The translations under genes and the position numbers were made by a program. Below, one piece after another: positions 38,332-47,739 of a DNA stretch of 64,000 bases. The notes beneath the pieces were generated by a model, which worked only from the letters and a program-made list of their open reading frames with translations, searched no databases and was not told the DNA's origin. Where the stretch lies: IMG/VR virus record IMGVR_UViG_3300010370_000028, positions 32,001 to 96,000 of that record; one strand, 5' to 3'. This DNA comes from a virus. Numbering within the stretch: position 1 is the first letter of the stretch; every line of letters starts with the position of its first letter.

Positions 38332-39315
38332 ATGGAAGTTGATTTTTCATCTAAATTAAGAAGTTTTTTTGGTGTCGAGTCTGATGCAGCATCAAGACCT
38401 GGACCAAAAAGTGCAGCTCAAACACCATCAAAACCATCAGAAAGAAGAAGGGGTTCGGATAAAAATAAGCCAGATTCTGCTTCTAGTGACTCTGATAGTA
38501 AAATAGTATTTACTGAAAAAATCATTAATTCATTAAAGCAAAAAGTTTCTGATCATAATGAAAAATATGATAAAAAAGTTACTTTAGAGCAATTGAAAAA
38601 GGTTTATCGTCGTGGTCTTGGAGCTTTTTCTGCTTCTCATAGACCTGGCCAAAGCAGAAATAGTTGGGCAATGGCTAGAGTTAATATGTTCTTAAAGATG
38701 CAGAAGGGTGGTAAAGTAAAGGATTCTTATCGTGCTGCAGATCAGGATATTGCTAGAGGTGAAGAACTTTACTATGAACAAAAACCAGAAGATTGTTTTT
38801 GGCAATTTGATTCTCTTGATTTTGATTTAGCTCGTATCGATCTCGTAAAAGCTGGTGTTGATATTGAAGAAGAGGGTGATATCGAGCTTGATGATATTGA
38901 TTATTCAGAAGCTGAAAAGAAGACTCTCAATAAACCATTTAGATTACCAAGTGGATCAAATAAAAAGTTTGGTGTTTACGTTAAAAATGATAAAGGTAAT
39001 GTCGTAATGGTTAAGTTTGGTGATCCAAATATGGAAATTCGTCGTGATGATCCAGAACGCCGCAGAAATTTTAGAGCGCGTCATCAATGTGATACTAATG
39101 TTGGACCTAAATGGAAAGCTCGTTATTGGAGTTGTAGGTTTTGGTCTGCAAAACCAGTTTCCTCAATGGCTTCTGCTGAAGAATTGTTATTAAGCGATGA
39201 TGATGGCTTAGATTGGGACTGGGATGATTCAACATTTATTGATCAAGACCAAATTTTTACAGAAAATCCAGACCTTGAAAATATTGAAGATTTTTTTGAA
39301 GAAGAGGATTTATAA
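38332..39315 (+). CDS. Modular protein of alternating basic domains and acidic linkers, possibly head-packaged
   Basis: LKKVYRRGLGAF..HRP..WAMARVN and KKFGVYVK..FGDPNM..RRNFRARHQC..YWSCRFW domains. Confidence 0.6.
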   Translation: MEVDFSSKLRSFFGVESDAASRPGPKSAAQTPSKPSERRRGSDKNKPDSASSDSDSKIVFTEKIINSLKQKVSDHNEKYDKKVTLEQLKKVYRRGLGAFSASHRPGQSRNSWAMARVNMFLKMQKGGKVKDSYRAADQDIARGEELYYEQKPEDCFWQFDSLDFDLARIDLVKAGVDIEEEGDIELDDIDYSEAEKKTLNKPFRLPSGSNKKFGVYVKNDKGNVVMVKFGDPNMEIRRDDPERRRNFRARHQCDTNVGPKWKARYWSCRFWSAKPVSSMASAEELLLSDDDGLDWDWDDSTFIDQDQIFTENPDLENIEDFFEEEDL

Positions 39316-39323
39316 GCTATAAT
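39296..39323 (+). promoter_or_regulatory. Sigma70-like promoter for the glycosylation cluster
   Basis: TTGAAG-N16-TATAAT, 6 nt before GTG 39330. Confidence 0.5.
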
Positions 39324-39329
39324 AGCTTA

Positions 39330-40076
39330 GTGAATTCAGTTATATTTACATCTTATTTTTCTCAAAAAAAACATCCAAATGACCCAAATGACCCTTGGGT
39401 AGTTGGTAGATCTTCTGATGGTAGAGTTTTACAAAATAGCTTTTCATATATTGAAAATTGGTATAACTCTATTAATATTTTAAGAATTCAAGCTCGTATA
39501 TTTCATGATAATTTAGATGATGAATTTATAAATAAATATACTACTGATAAAATTAAATTTGTCAGAGTAGAACCATCGGATTATTCTAATAATGATTGGA
39601 GATTTTTTTGTTACAGAAATTATTTAGAAGATAATAAATTTGACTGTATATTTTTAACAGACTGTTCTGATGTAATTGTTGTTAAAGAACCCTCTGATAT
39701 TTTAAAAGAATATCCAGATAAAGATTTTTTTATATGCAAAGATAGTATATTATTAAGCGAATTTCCATACTTACAACTACATCAACAAGCTAATTGGAAT
39801 AATTATATTTGGTTTTCAATAATGCAGTCAAGGCTTGATTTAATAAATATGGGTGTTATTGGCGCTAATTATAATAACATGCTTTTATTTTTAAATAAAT
39901 TTTGCGAAACAAGAATTAAACTTGGTAATCCAGAATTTAATTCTGATATGTGGACTGGTCAATATGTATTTAGGGATATTTTATCAGATAAATCTTTATT
40001 AATTGGTCATCCATTTACTAGTAATTTTAAAAAATATGAAAATGATAGAAAGGATGTATTTTTTATTCATAAATGA
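39330..40076 (+). CDS. Putative GT-A glycosyltransferase
   Basis: FLTDCSDV and INMGVIGA motifs. Confidence 0.6.
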   Translation: MNSVIFTSYFSQKKHPNDPNDPWVVGRSSDGRVLQNSFSYIENWYNSINILRIQARIFHDNLDDEFINKYTTDKIKFVRVEPSDYSNNDWRFFCYRNYLEDNKFDCIFLTDCSDVIVVKEPSDILKEYPDKDFFICKDSILLSEFPYLQLHQQANWNNYIWFSIMQSRLDLINMGVIGANYNNMLLFLNKFCETRIKLGNPEFNSDMWTGQYVFRDILSDKSLLIGHPFTSNFKKYENDRKDVFFIHK

Positions 40077-40990
40077 AAATTTGTTTTATAGCTCCTGGAG
40101 AAATAGAGATACCACCAAATGGTTGGGGCGCTCTTGAAACTGTTGTTTGGAATCAATCTCAAGAATTAAAAAAATTAGGTCATGATATTTTTGTTATTAA
40201 TGAAAAAAGTCGAGACATTACATTTAATGAGATAAAAAAAATAAATCCAGACATTATTCATCTTCATTATGGATCACACTACGAATTAATGCCATTATTT
40301 AATTGTAGAAAAATAGTCACCAATCATGATGGAAGTTTTAAAAACTCAGCTGTATTTCATGATACAGTCATTCGTTCATATTTATATGATTGTGAATTTT
40401 TTTGTCTTAGTGAATATGAAAAAAGATTTTTTTTAAATTTAGGAATTTCTCCTAAAAAAATTAAAATAATGCAGAATGGAGTAGAGTATTCTAAATTCAA
40501 TAAAAAACTAGAACCCGTCCATCCACAAAAATCTATTTGTATAGGAAAAATTGACGCTCGAAAAAGACAAAGTAAACTCCAATTAATGAATGCTGGAGTA
40601 GATTTTGTTGGATCTGTAGCCGATCCTAATTTTAATGTTAACTCAAATTATCTTGGATCATGGACTCGTGAACAAATTTTTCAAAATTTAACAGAATATG
40701 GAAATTTTGTTTTATTATCTTCGTCTGAAAATTGTTGCCCACTAGTTTGTTTAGAAGCTATGAGTGCTGGTTTAGGAATTGTTATTTCTGAAGCTTGTAC
40801 AGAAAGTGTTGATTTATCTAAAAAATTTATAACTTTAATTCCCGAAGACAAAATTAATGATAAAAAATTTATTATAAAATCTATTAAAGAAAATCGTGAA
40901 TATTCAATTCTTAATAGAGAAGAAATTATTAAATATGCTTCAACTAGAGATTGGAGTGAAATTGCTAAATATTATAATTCATGCTTATGA
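40073..40990 (+). CDS. GT4-like glycosyltransferase
   Basis: IPPNGWGALE, GKIDARKRQ, SENCCPLVCLEAMSAG. Confidence 0.85.
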   Translation: MKICFIAPGEIEIPPNGWGALETVVWNQSQELKKLGHDIFVINEKSRDITFNEIKKINPDIIHLHYGSHYELMPLFNCRKIVTNHDGSFKNSAVFHDTVIRSYLYDCEFFCLSEYEKRFFLNLGISPKKIKIMQNGVEYSKFNKKLEPVHPQKSICIGKIDARKRQSKLQLMNAGVDFVGSVADPNFNVNSNYLGSWTREQIFQNLTEYGNFVLLSSSENCCPLVCLEAMSAGLGIVISEACTESVDLSKKFITLIPEDKINDKKFIIKSIKENREYSILNREEIIKYASTRDWSEIAKYYNSCL

Positions 40991-41760
40991 ATAAATTAGG
41001 AATTTTTTTTACATGTTTTGATGAACTAGAAGCTACTAGATTTTCTTTAAATATTTTAAAGAAGGTATATCCAGAAATTAAAATTAGATTATTTTATGAA
41101 AGTAATGTAAATTTTAAATTTTTAGAATCTGAAATAAGTAATTTAAAATGTTCTCAAGAAGAAGACACCATGAGTGATTATCTTGGTATAGAATACCATA
41201 ATTATCTTTCCGATAAAGATCAATTTGCAATTAAAAGAGCCTCCTTAGCAGTAATTAATAGATTAAAAAAATCAATACCATATCTTAATAGCGAATACAT
41301 CTTAATGATGGACCCAGATGCTATAGTTCGTGGCCCTCTTACAATACCAGAAAACGCTGGTTTACTTGGTTGTAGAATTAATACTCATATTTGGGCGCTT
41401 GAAAAATTAAACAATACACTTAAAAAATATGGTGGAATTGAAATAACAGCCTGGGGAGCAACTCCAGCTATTTTTAATGTTAAAGATTTTTTAATTGGTT
41501 GCGATATATTATTAAATACTCCAAATCTTTTAGATGATTTATGCAAATCATTTTATTGGTTCTGCGCTCACGATATATTACTGGCTAGTATTTTTTCTTT
41601 AATAGGAAAAGAAGAAACTTTTAATCCTGAATTATTACAATGTGGATCTGTATCAAATTGGAGAGAACACAACCACCCTCTTTTACATCAGTTCAGAGAG
41701 CATTATCCACGAAGAACTTCAAAATATAAAATAAATGAAAAAAACTGTAGTAATAACTAA
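40987..41760 (+). CDS. Putative GT-A (GT2-like) glycosyltransferase
   Basis: YILMMDPDA DxD motif; ATGA overlap with the previous gene. Confidence 0.6.
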   Translation: MNKLGIFFTCFDELEATRFSLNILKKVYPEIKIRLFYESNVNFKFLESEISNLKCSQEEDTMSDYLGIEYHNYLSDKDQFAIKRASLAVINRLKKSIPYLNSEYILMMDPDAIVRGPLTIPENAGLLGCRINTHIWALEKLNNTLKKYGGIEITAWGATPAIFNVKDFLIGCDILLNTPNLLDDLCKSFYWFCAHDILLASIFSLIGKEETFNPELLQCGSVSNWREHNHPLLHQFREHYPRRTSKYKINEKNCSNN

Positions 41761-42679
41761 TCACAAAAATAAAGAATGTGGTGTTTACCAATATGGAAAA
41801 AGATTTTCTTCTATTTTACTAAATAGTGAATCTAGTGAATATGAATATCATTATTTAGAGCTAGATAGTAAAGAAGAATTTTTTCAAAAAATTTCCGCAA
41901 TATCTCCAGATATTGTTGTGCATAATTATTTAAATATAACAATGCCTTGGTATGATCTTGATTGTTTTAATTTATTAAAGAATAATAATATACCGCAAGG
42001 CTTAATTGTTCATAATATTGGATATTTAAATATATTTGATTTTTTTCTTCATCAACATCCGTTTTATCCACAAAATGATGTAAACCATCCAATTCCACGT
42101 CCTTTATTTAAATATAATTCTGTTTTAAGAGAACCAAGAAAAATCCCCAAAATTCATACTTTTGGTTTTGCATTTTTATGTAAAAAATATGAAAACATAG
42201 TAGAAATTATTAATAATTCTTTTGATGAAGCTGAAATTAATATGCACTTAACAATTTCTAAATTTTTTCCCAATGACGATGAACTAAATGAAATAAAAAA
42301 AATATGTAACTCTAAAATTACAAAAAATGGTATAAAATTAAATATCACATCTGACTTTAAATCAGATGAAGATATATTAGATTTCTTAGATAATGCCGAT
42401 TTAAATATTTTTCTATATAAAAATTATGATAATTATAATGGTATTTCATCCGTAATAGATTATGCTTTATCTGTTAAAAGACCCATTGCTGTTTGCAAAA
42501 GCAATATGTTTTCTCATATTAATAATATTTCACCATCAATCTGTATAGAAGACTCTAGTATTCAAAAAATTATAGAAAATGGAATAAAACCATTAGAACA
42601 TTTTTATGACATGTGGAGTAATAAAAATTTTGTTGAATCATTAGAGCAAACATTTAACATATATACAAATACAAAATGA
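41735..42679 (+). CDS. Putative GT-B glycosyltransferase
   Basis: CGVYQY, TFGF..KKYE, GISSVIDYALSVKRPI. Confidence 0.65.
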   Translation: MKKTVVITNHKNKECGVYQYGKRFSSILLNSESSEYEYHYLELDSKEEFFQKISAISPDIVVHNYLNITMPWYDLDCFNLLKNNNIPQGLIVHNIGYLNIFDFFLHQHPFYPQNDVNHPIPRPLFKYNSVLREPRKIPKIHTFGFAFLCKKYENIVEIINNSFDEAEINMHLTISKFFPNDDELNEIKKICNSKITKNGIKLNITSDFKSDEDILDFLDNADLNIFLYKNYDNYNGISSVIDYALSVKRPIAVCKSNMFSHINNISPSICIEDSSIQKIIENGIKPLEHFYDMWSNKNFVESLEQTFNIYTNTK

Positions 42680-43902
42680 ATATTTTAAATTTAGGCAGTT
42701 TTTATGTTTCTGATTTTTTGAATCAAAATGAAAAATTAGATAGTAGATCTAAATATCCATTGGATCTAATTTTAGATGAAGAAATTGGTGCTGTTAAATT
42801 AACAGAGGCTCCACCGCATAATCAAATGTGGGGTAAATATTGGTATCGTTCTGGCACAAATGCTTCAATGAAAAATGAGTTAAACAGCATTGTTAATGAA
42901 GTATGTTCAAGAATAAAATATAATAAAAATGATATTTGGCTTGATATTGCATGTAATGATGGAACTTTATTATCATTTGTTCCTAATGAATTTATTAAAT
43001 TAGGTATTGATCCAGCTGATGATTCTTTTAAAAATGAATCATCTAAAATTGCCAATGTAATAGTTCAAGACTATTTTAATTTAAATTCCTATGAAAAAAC
43101 TGGTTATGGAGAAAAAAAATGCAAAGTAATTACGACAATTGCAATGTTTTATGATCTTGAAAAACCAAGCGATTTTATAAAAGATATAGTAAACGTTCTT
43201 GACGATAATGGTGTTTGGGTTATACAATTATCATATACTCCTCTTATGTTGAAACAGCTTGCATTTGATAATATATGTCATGAACATTTTTATTATCATT
43301 CTCTTAATAGTTTGAATAAATTGTTTCAAAAGCACTCTTTAAAAATTGTTGACGCAAATCTTAATGATGCAAATGGAGGCAGTGTTAGAGTATATATACA
43401 AAAAGAAAAAGCCTCAATTACATCATATGCAAATGCTCCATTAAGAGATGTATGTAATTTTCGTGTAGATAGTCTTTTAAAATATGAAAATGATTATTTT
43501 GATATTTCAAATCCGCAAAACTGGAATGTATTTTTTGAAAACATACAAAATTTAAAGGAGCAAACAGTTTCTTTTATAAAGTCTGAAAAATCAAAAGGTA
43601 AAATTATTGGTGGTTATGGAGCTTCCACAAAAGGTAATACGCTTTTACAATTATTTAATTTAGATCATACTTTAATTGACTTTATAGCAGAAAGATCTCC
43701 TTATAAATTTGGTTTAAAAACTATTGGCACAGAGATACCAATTATTTCAGAAGAAGAAATGAGAAAAATTAAACCAGATTATTTATTAGTTTTACCTTGG
43801 CATTTCATAAATGAATTTATCGAAAGAGAGAGCGAATTTTTAGAAAATGGCGGTAAATTTATTGTCCCATGTCCTAAGTTTGAAATCATAGAAAAATCTT
43901 AA
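42676..43902 (+). CDS. NDP-sugar C-methyltransferase
   Basis: LDIACNDGTLL, FDNICHEH, YGASTKGNTLL, LVLPWHF. Confidence 0.85.
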   Translation: MNILNLGSFYVSDFLNQNEKLDSRSKYPLDLILDEEIGAVKLTEAPPHNQMWGKYWYRSGTNASMKNELNSIVNEVCSRIKYNKNDIWLDIACNDGTLLSFVPNEFIKLGIDPADDSFKNESSKIANVIVQDYFNLNSYEKTGYGEKKCKVITTIAMFYDLEKPSDFIKDIVNVLDDNGVWVIQLSYTPLMLKQLAFDNICHEHFYYHSLNSLNKLFQKHSLKIVDANLNDANGGSVRVYIQKEKASITSYANAPLRDVCNFRVDSLLKYENDYFDISNPQNWNVFFENIQNLKEQTVSFIKSEKSKGKIIGGYGASTKGNTLLQLFNLDHTLIDFIAERSPYKFGLKTIGTEIPIISEEEMRKIKPDYLLVLPWHFINEFIERESEFLENGGKFIVPCPKFEIIEKS

Positions 43903-44519
43903 TGAAAAATATTGAATATTATTCTCAATCAAATCAAGATAAATGGGTTTGTGAATATTTAAATTTTAAAACTAATGGATATTATTTAGACATTGGCGCT
44001 TATGATGGCGTACAAACAAGCAATACATTTGTTTTAGAAAAGTATTTAAATTGGAATGGTATTTGTATAGAAGCAAACAAGTATATATTTCAAAATTTAA
44101 TTCAAAATAGAAAAAGTATTAATATAAATGCTGCAATTTTAGATTATTGTGGAACTTGTAATTTCTCAAATGATTCTGTTTCTGCAAATATTAATGATGA
44201 TTGTGTCGATTGTTATACTTTAGATTTTGTTTTAGAAAAAAATAATGCCCCATCCATAATTGATTATATGTCTATAGATATTGAAGGATCTGAATTTGAT
44301 GTGTTAAAAAATTTCAATTTTTCAAAATGGCAAATTAACATGATTACACTTGAACATAATTTGTATTTAAATGGAGACTTTAATAAAAATAGACTATATA
44401 AATTATTAACTGATAACGGATTTGAGAGAGTGGTTGAAGATGCTGTATGTTTAGATGAACATCCATCTGTTTTTAATCAACCTTATGAAGATTGGTATAT
44501 CAATAAAAAAATATTATAA
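43902..44519 (+). CDS. FkbM-family methyltransferase
   Basis: YSQSNQD, LDIGAYDG..SNT, SIDIEGSE, EDWY. Confidence 0.9.
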   Translation: MKNIEYYSQSNQDKWVCEYLNFKTNGYYLDIGAYDGVQTSNTFVLEKYLNWNGICIEANKYIFQNLIQNRKSININAAILDYCGTCNFSNDSVSANINDDCVDCYTLDFVLEKNNAPSIIDYMSIDIEGSEFDVLKNFNFSKWQINMITLEHNLYLNGDFNKNRLYKLLTDNGFERVVEDAVCLDEHPSVFNQPYEDWYINKKIL

Positions 44520-44520
44520 A

Positions 44521-45582
44521 ATGAAAAAGGTTTTAATAACTGGGGTAACTGGACAAGATGGAAGTCTTATGGCAGATTTTCTTTTAAGAGAAACTGATTG
44601 CATTATTATTGCTGGTGTTAGAAGGCTAAGTGTAAAAAATTATGAAAATATTCAACACCTTCTTGATAATCCAAGATTTAAATTAATTGATCTTGATATT
44701 ACAGATCAATCCAATATTGATAAAGTGGTTCGTGATGAAAGTCCTGATTATTTTATTAATTTTGCTGCAAATTCTTTCGTTGGTAATAGCTGGACAATGC
44801 CAGCGAGTCATTTTACAACAAATTGTCTTCCAGTTTTATATCAATTAGAATCAATAAGAAAATACGTACCTAATTGTAGATATTATAATGCTGGCTCTTC
44901 AGAAGAATTTGGTGATGTTGTCACAGTACCGCAAAATGAAGAGCATCCACTAAGACCACGTAGCCCATATGGAGCAGCAAAAGCTTCAGCTAGACATTTA
45001 GTTAAAGTTTATCGAGAGTCATATAATCTTTATGCGATTCAGGGTTGGTTGTTTAATCATGAAGGAATAAGAAGGGGTGAAGAGTTTGTAACTCGTAAAA
45101 TTACTAAAAACGTTGCTCGTATTAAATACGCTATAGAAAATAAATTAACTTTTGAGCCATTAAAACTTGGCAATCTAGAAGCAAGAAGGGATTGGAGTGA
45201 TGCCGAAGATTTTATTGAAGGTGTATGGTTAATGCTCAATCAAGACGAACCAAAAGAATATGTGCTATCCTCAAATGAAACTCATACAATTAAAGAATTT
45301 GTAGAATTAGCTTTTAAAGCCGCTGGTATTGATGGAATTTGGGTTGGCGAAGATTTAGAAACTTTATATTTATTACCTAATTATTTGACTGATTTTACTG
45401 ATATAACACAATTAAAATTAGTTGAAATTGATGAAAAATTTTATCGCCCCGCTGAAGTTGATCTTCTTTTAGGTGATTCAACTAAGGCTCGTCAAGAACT
45501 TGAATGGCAACCAAAAACATCTTTTAAAGAATTAGTTGACAAAATGGTTAGCCATGATATACTCAAGCATGGCAAAGTCTAA
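44521..45582 (+). CDS. gmd: GDP-mannose 4,6-dehydratase
   Basis: ITGVTGQDG, SSEEFG, PRSPYGAAK, LFNHE, RDW, YRPAEV; start at ATG 44521. Confidence 0.93.
   Translation: MKKVLITGVTGQDGSLMADFLLRETDCIIIAGVRRLSVKNYENIQHLLDNPRFKLIDLDITDQSNIDKVVRDESPDYFINFAANSFVGNSWTMPASHFTTNCLPVLYQLESIRKYVPNCRYYNAGSSEEFGDVVTVPQNEEHPLRPRSPYGAAKASARHLVKVYRESYNLYAIQGWLFNHEGIRRGEEFVTRKITKNVARIKYAIENKLTFEPLKLGNLEARRDWSDAEDFIEGVWLMLNQDEPKEYVLSSNETHTIKEFVELAFKAAGIDGIWVGEDLETLYLLPNYLTDFTDITQLKLVEIDEKFYRPAEVDLLLGDSTKARQELEWQPKTSFKELVDKMVSHDILKHGKV
45536..45563 (+). promoter_or_regulatory. Sigma70 promoter with extended -10
   Basis: TTGACA-N16-TATACT preceded by TGn, 5 nt before ATG 45569. Confidence 0.7.
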
Positions 45583-45919
45583 AATTAACAAAAAACATAT
45601 TCTTGCCAAATTGACGCTTGTCCCACTAAAGGATAAGCGTTTATTTTATATGCGTGAAATGAAATTTTTAAATATCTTGTGTGAAAGATATTCTTTGGAG
45701 TTCATGAATGCAATGACTTTTGATAAAAAGCTAGATTCATTAGCTTATTTAGTTAGCGATAAGCTAAAAGACACCCTAGATCAAAAATTTAGAGCTTTTA
45801 ATTTTAAGGTTGACTATTCTCGCTATGAGCAGTATCATATTGGGGATAAGGTTGGAGATGATCCAGTTGTGGAGAAGAAGAAGGTAACAATTAAACATTT
45901 TTTAAATGAGCAAAACTAA
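45569..45919 (+). CDS. Hypothetical protein
   Basis: MAKSKINKK... start fits the promoter; overlaps the recA start. Confidence 0.65.
   Translation: MAKSKINKKHILAKLTLVPLKDKRLFYMREMKFLNILCERYSLEFMNAMTFDKKLDSLAYLVSDKLKDTLDQKFRAFNFKVDYSRYEQYHIGDKVGDDPVVEKKKVTIKHFLNEQN
45810..45838 (+). promoter_or_regulatory. Sigma70-like promoter upstream of recA
   Basis: TTGACT-N17-TATCAT. Confidence 0.5.
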
Positions 45920-47039
45920 AGATAAAGAAGTAAAAAAATCAACGGATGTTTTAGATTCGTTTTTAAAACAGAATCAGAGTGACCATTATAATTTTGAAGA
46001 ATCAATTGATTATAAAATTTCAAGTGGTTCTCTTCAGTTAGATCTTCATTTGGGTGGCGGTCTTGGACCTGGTTTACATAGATTTGTTGGCATGAATGAA
46101 GGCGGCAAAACTTCTGCCGCACTTTCTTTTATGAAAAACTTCTTGGAAAAAATCCCAAAAGGTAAGGGTTTTTATATTAAGGCTGAAGGTCGTCTCTCCA
46201 ATGAAATGATGGAGAGATCTGGGATTAAATTTGTCTTTTCAGCTGAAGAGTGGCAAGAGGGAACCTGTTTTGTATTTGAAAGCAATATTTATGAAACTGT
46301 AGTTGATGTAATGCGTCAGCTTGTTGCTAAAAATGATGAAGGTAACCTGTACTATTTCCTTCTTGATTCGGTTGATGGGCTTATCTCCAAAGGAGACTTA
46401 GATAAGAGCTTTGAAGACTCTAATAAGGTTGCTGGTGGAGCGGTTATTGCCGCCAATTTCATGAAGCGTCTTTCTATTGGATTGGCAAAGCGTGGGCATA
46501 TGGCAGTCTTCATTAGTCAAGTAAGGGCCGATATTAAATTAGATCCATATTCTAAAGCTCCAGTTCGTCAGACTACAGCAACTGGTGGTAACGCCCTTCT
46601 TCACTTTGCTAACTGGATTCTTGAATTTGAGCCTCGACATAAAGGAGACTTAATTCTTCAAAACCCAAGTGATACTAAGATTGATATCAATAACAACCCA
46701 ATCGTTGGGCATTTTGCTAAAGTTACTGTTAAGAAATCACCAATTGAGAAAACTAATTTAACAATTGCCTATCCTATCAGATATGGACGCACTAATGGTA
46801 ACTCTATATGGATTGAAAAAGAGATTGTTGATATGCTTTATGTTTGGGAGTTTATCAATAAAAAGATGTCTTGGATTACTATTACAGAAGAATTTAAAGA
46901 ACTCTTAGCAGAGAATAATCTGGAACTCCCAGAAAAAATTCAAGGAAATGAGAATCTATTTAAATTAATTGAAGAAAACAAAGATCTTTTATCTTTCTTG
47001 ATTTCTTATTTTAAGAAGACTATTAATAATGAAATTTAA
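45906..47039 (+). CDS. recA: RecA/UvsX-like recombinase
   Basis: ISSGSLQLDLHLGGG, GMNEGGKT, LLDSV, FISQVR, TGGNALLHFA. Confidence 0.88.
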   Translation: MSKTKDKEVKKSTDVLDSFLKQNQSDHYNFEESIDYKISSGSLQLDLHLGGGLGPGLHRFVGMNEGGKTSAALSFMKNFLEKIPKGKGFYIKAEGRLSNEMMERSGIKFVFSAEEWQEGTCFVFESNIYETVVDVMRQLVAKNDEGNLYYFLLDSVDGLISKGDLDKSFEDSNKVAGGAVIAANFMKRLSIGLAKRGHMAVFISQVRADIKLDPYSKAPVRQTTATGGNALLHFANWILEFEPRHKGDLILQNPSDTKIDINNNPIVGHFAKVTVKKSPIEKTNLTIAYPIRYGRTNGNSIWIEKEIVDMLYVWEFINKKMSWITITEEFKELLAENNLELPEKIQGNENLFKLIEENKDLLSFLISYFKKTINNEI

Positions 47040-47436
47040 AACCATAACTGGCTCTGAAACAACTTTAAAAAATGCTAAAAAATATTTAATTAATTGGAAT
47101 AAACCAAGCCGAAGTAAGTTTCAAACATCTGTCAAAAATTTTCTTAAACCCTATTGGTTTAATGATATTGTTTTTGAGGAATTTAAAATAGTTGGAACTC
47201 GACTTTCCTATGATTTTTATAATGCAAATAAAAGAATAGCGATAGAAGTTCAAGGCGCTCAACATACAAAATATGTTAAATTTTTTCATGGAAGCCGTCT
47301 TAATTATTTAGATCAATTACGTCGAGATGAAAAAAAATTGAAATTTTGCAATGTAAATGATATAACATTGATAGAAATTTACCCAAACGACATAATTGAT
47401 GAAAAATTATTCGAATCTTTTGGAGTTATACTGTAA
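47029..47436 (+). CDS. Vsr/DUF559-like endonuclease
   Basis: YDFY..IAIEVQGAQH..RDEKKLKFC. Confidence 0.75.
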   Translation: MKFKTITGSETTLKNAKKYLINWNKPSRSKFQTSVKNFLKPYWFNDIVFEEFKIVGTRLSYDFYNANKRIAIEVQGAQHTKYVKFFHGSRLNYLDQLRRDEKKLKFCNVNDITLIEIYPNDIIDEKLFESFGVIL

Positions 47437-47448
47437 AGATATAAAAAT

Positions 47449-47706
47449 ATGTCAGAAATCAATCCAGACTCTCTCCCCCAATTTAAAATACCAAATAATA
47501 TTATCAACCAACTGTTCGAATTAACAGGTGGCGCTGAGAAATTTAAAGGTTTAATATTCGCTTGTGCTACAGAAGATGGCAATCCTCTAATTTATACTAA
47601 ATATGATAGTCAAATGACAGAACTTGCCTTGCGTAAGGCTGTAGAATGTTATTTGCAGAATCTAGATGAACAGGAATTTTTGAATTCTGACGAAGACTAT
47701 GATTGA
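47449..47706 (+). CDS. Hypothetical protein
   Basis: 85-aa ORF; CTGTAA 12 nt upstream. Confidence 0.6.
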   Translation: MSEINPDSLPQFKIPNNIINQLFELTGGAEKFKGLIFACATEDGNPLIYTKYDSQMTELALRKAVECYLQNLDEQEFLNSDEDYD

Positions 47707-47731
47707 CACGCCCAATTATATGTGTTAATCT
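47703..47731 (+). promoter_or_regulatory. Sigma70 promoter with extended -10
   Basis: TTGACA-N17-TAATCT with TGn, 8 nt before the dnaB ATG. Confidence 0.7.
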
Positions 47732-47739
47732 CTCATTAG

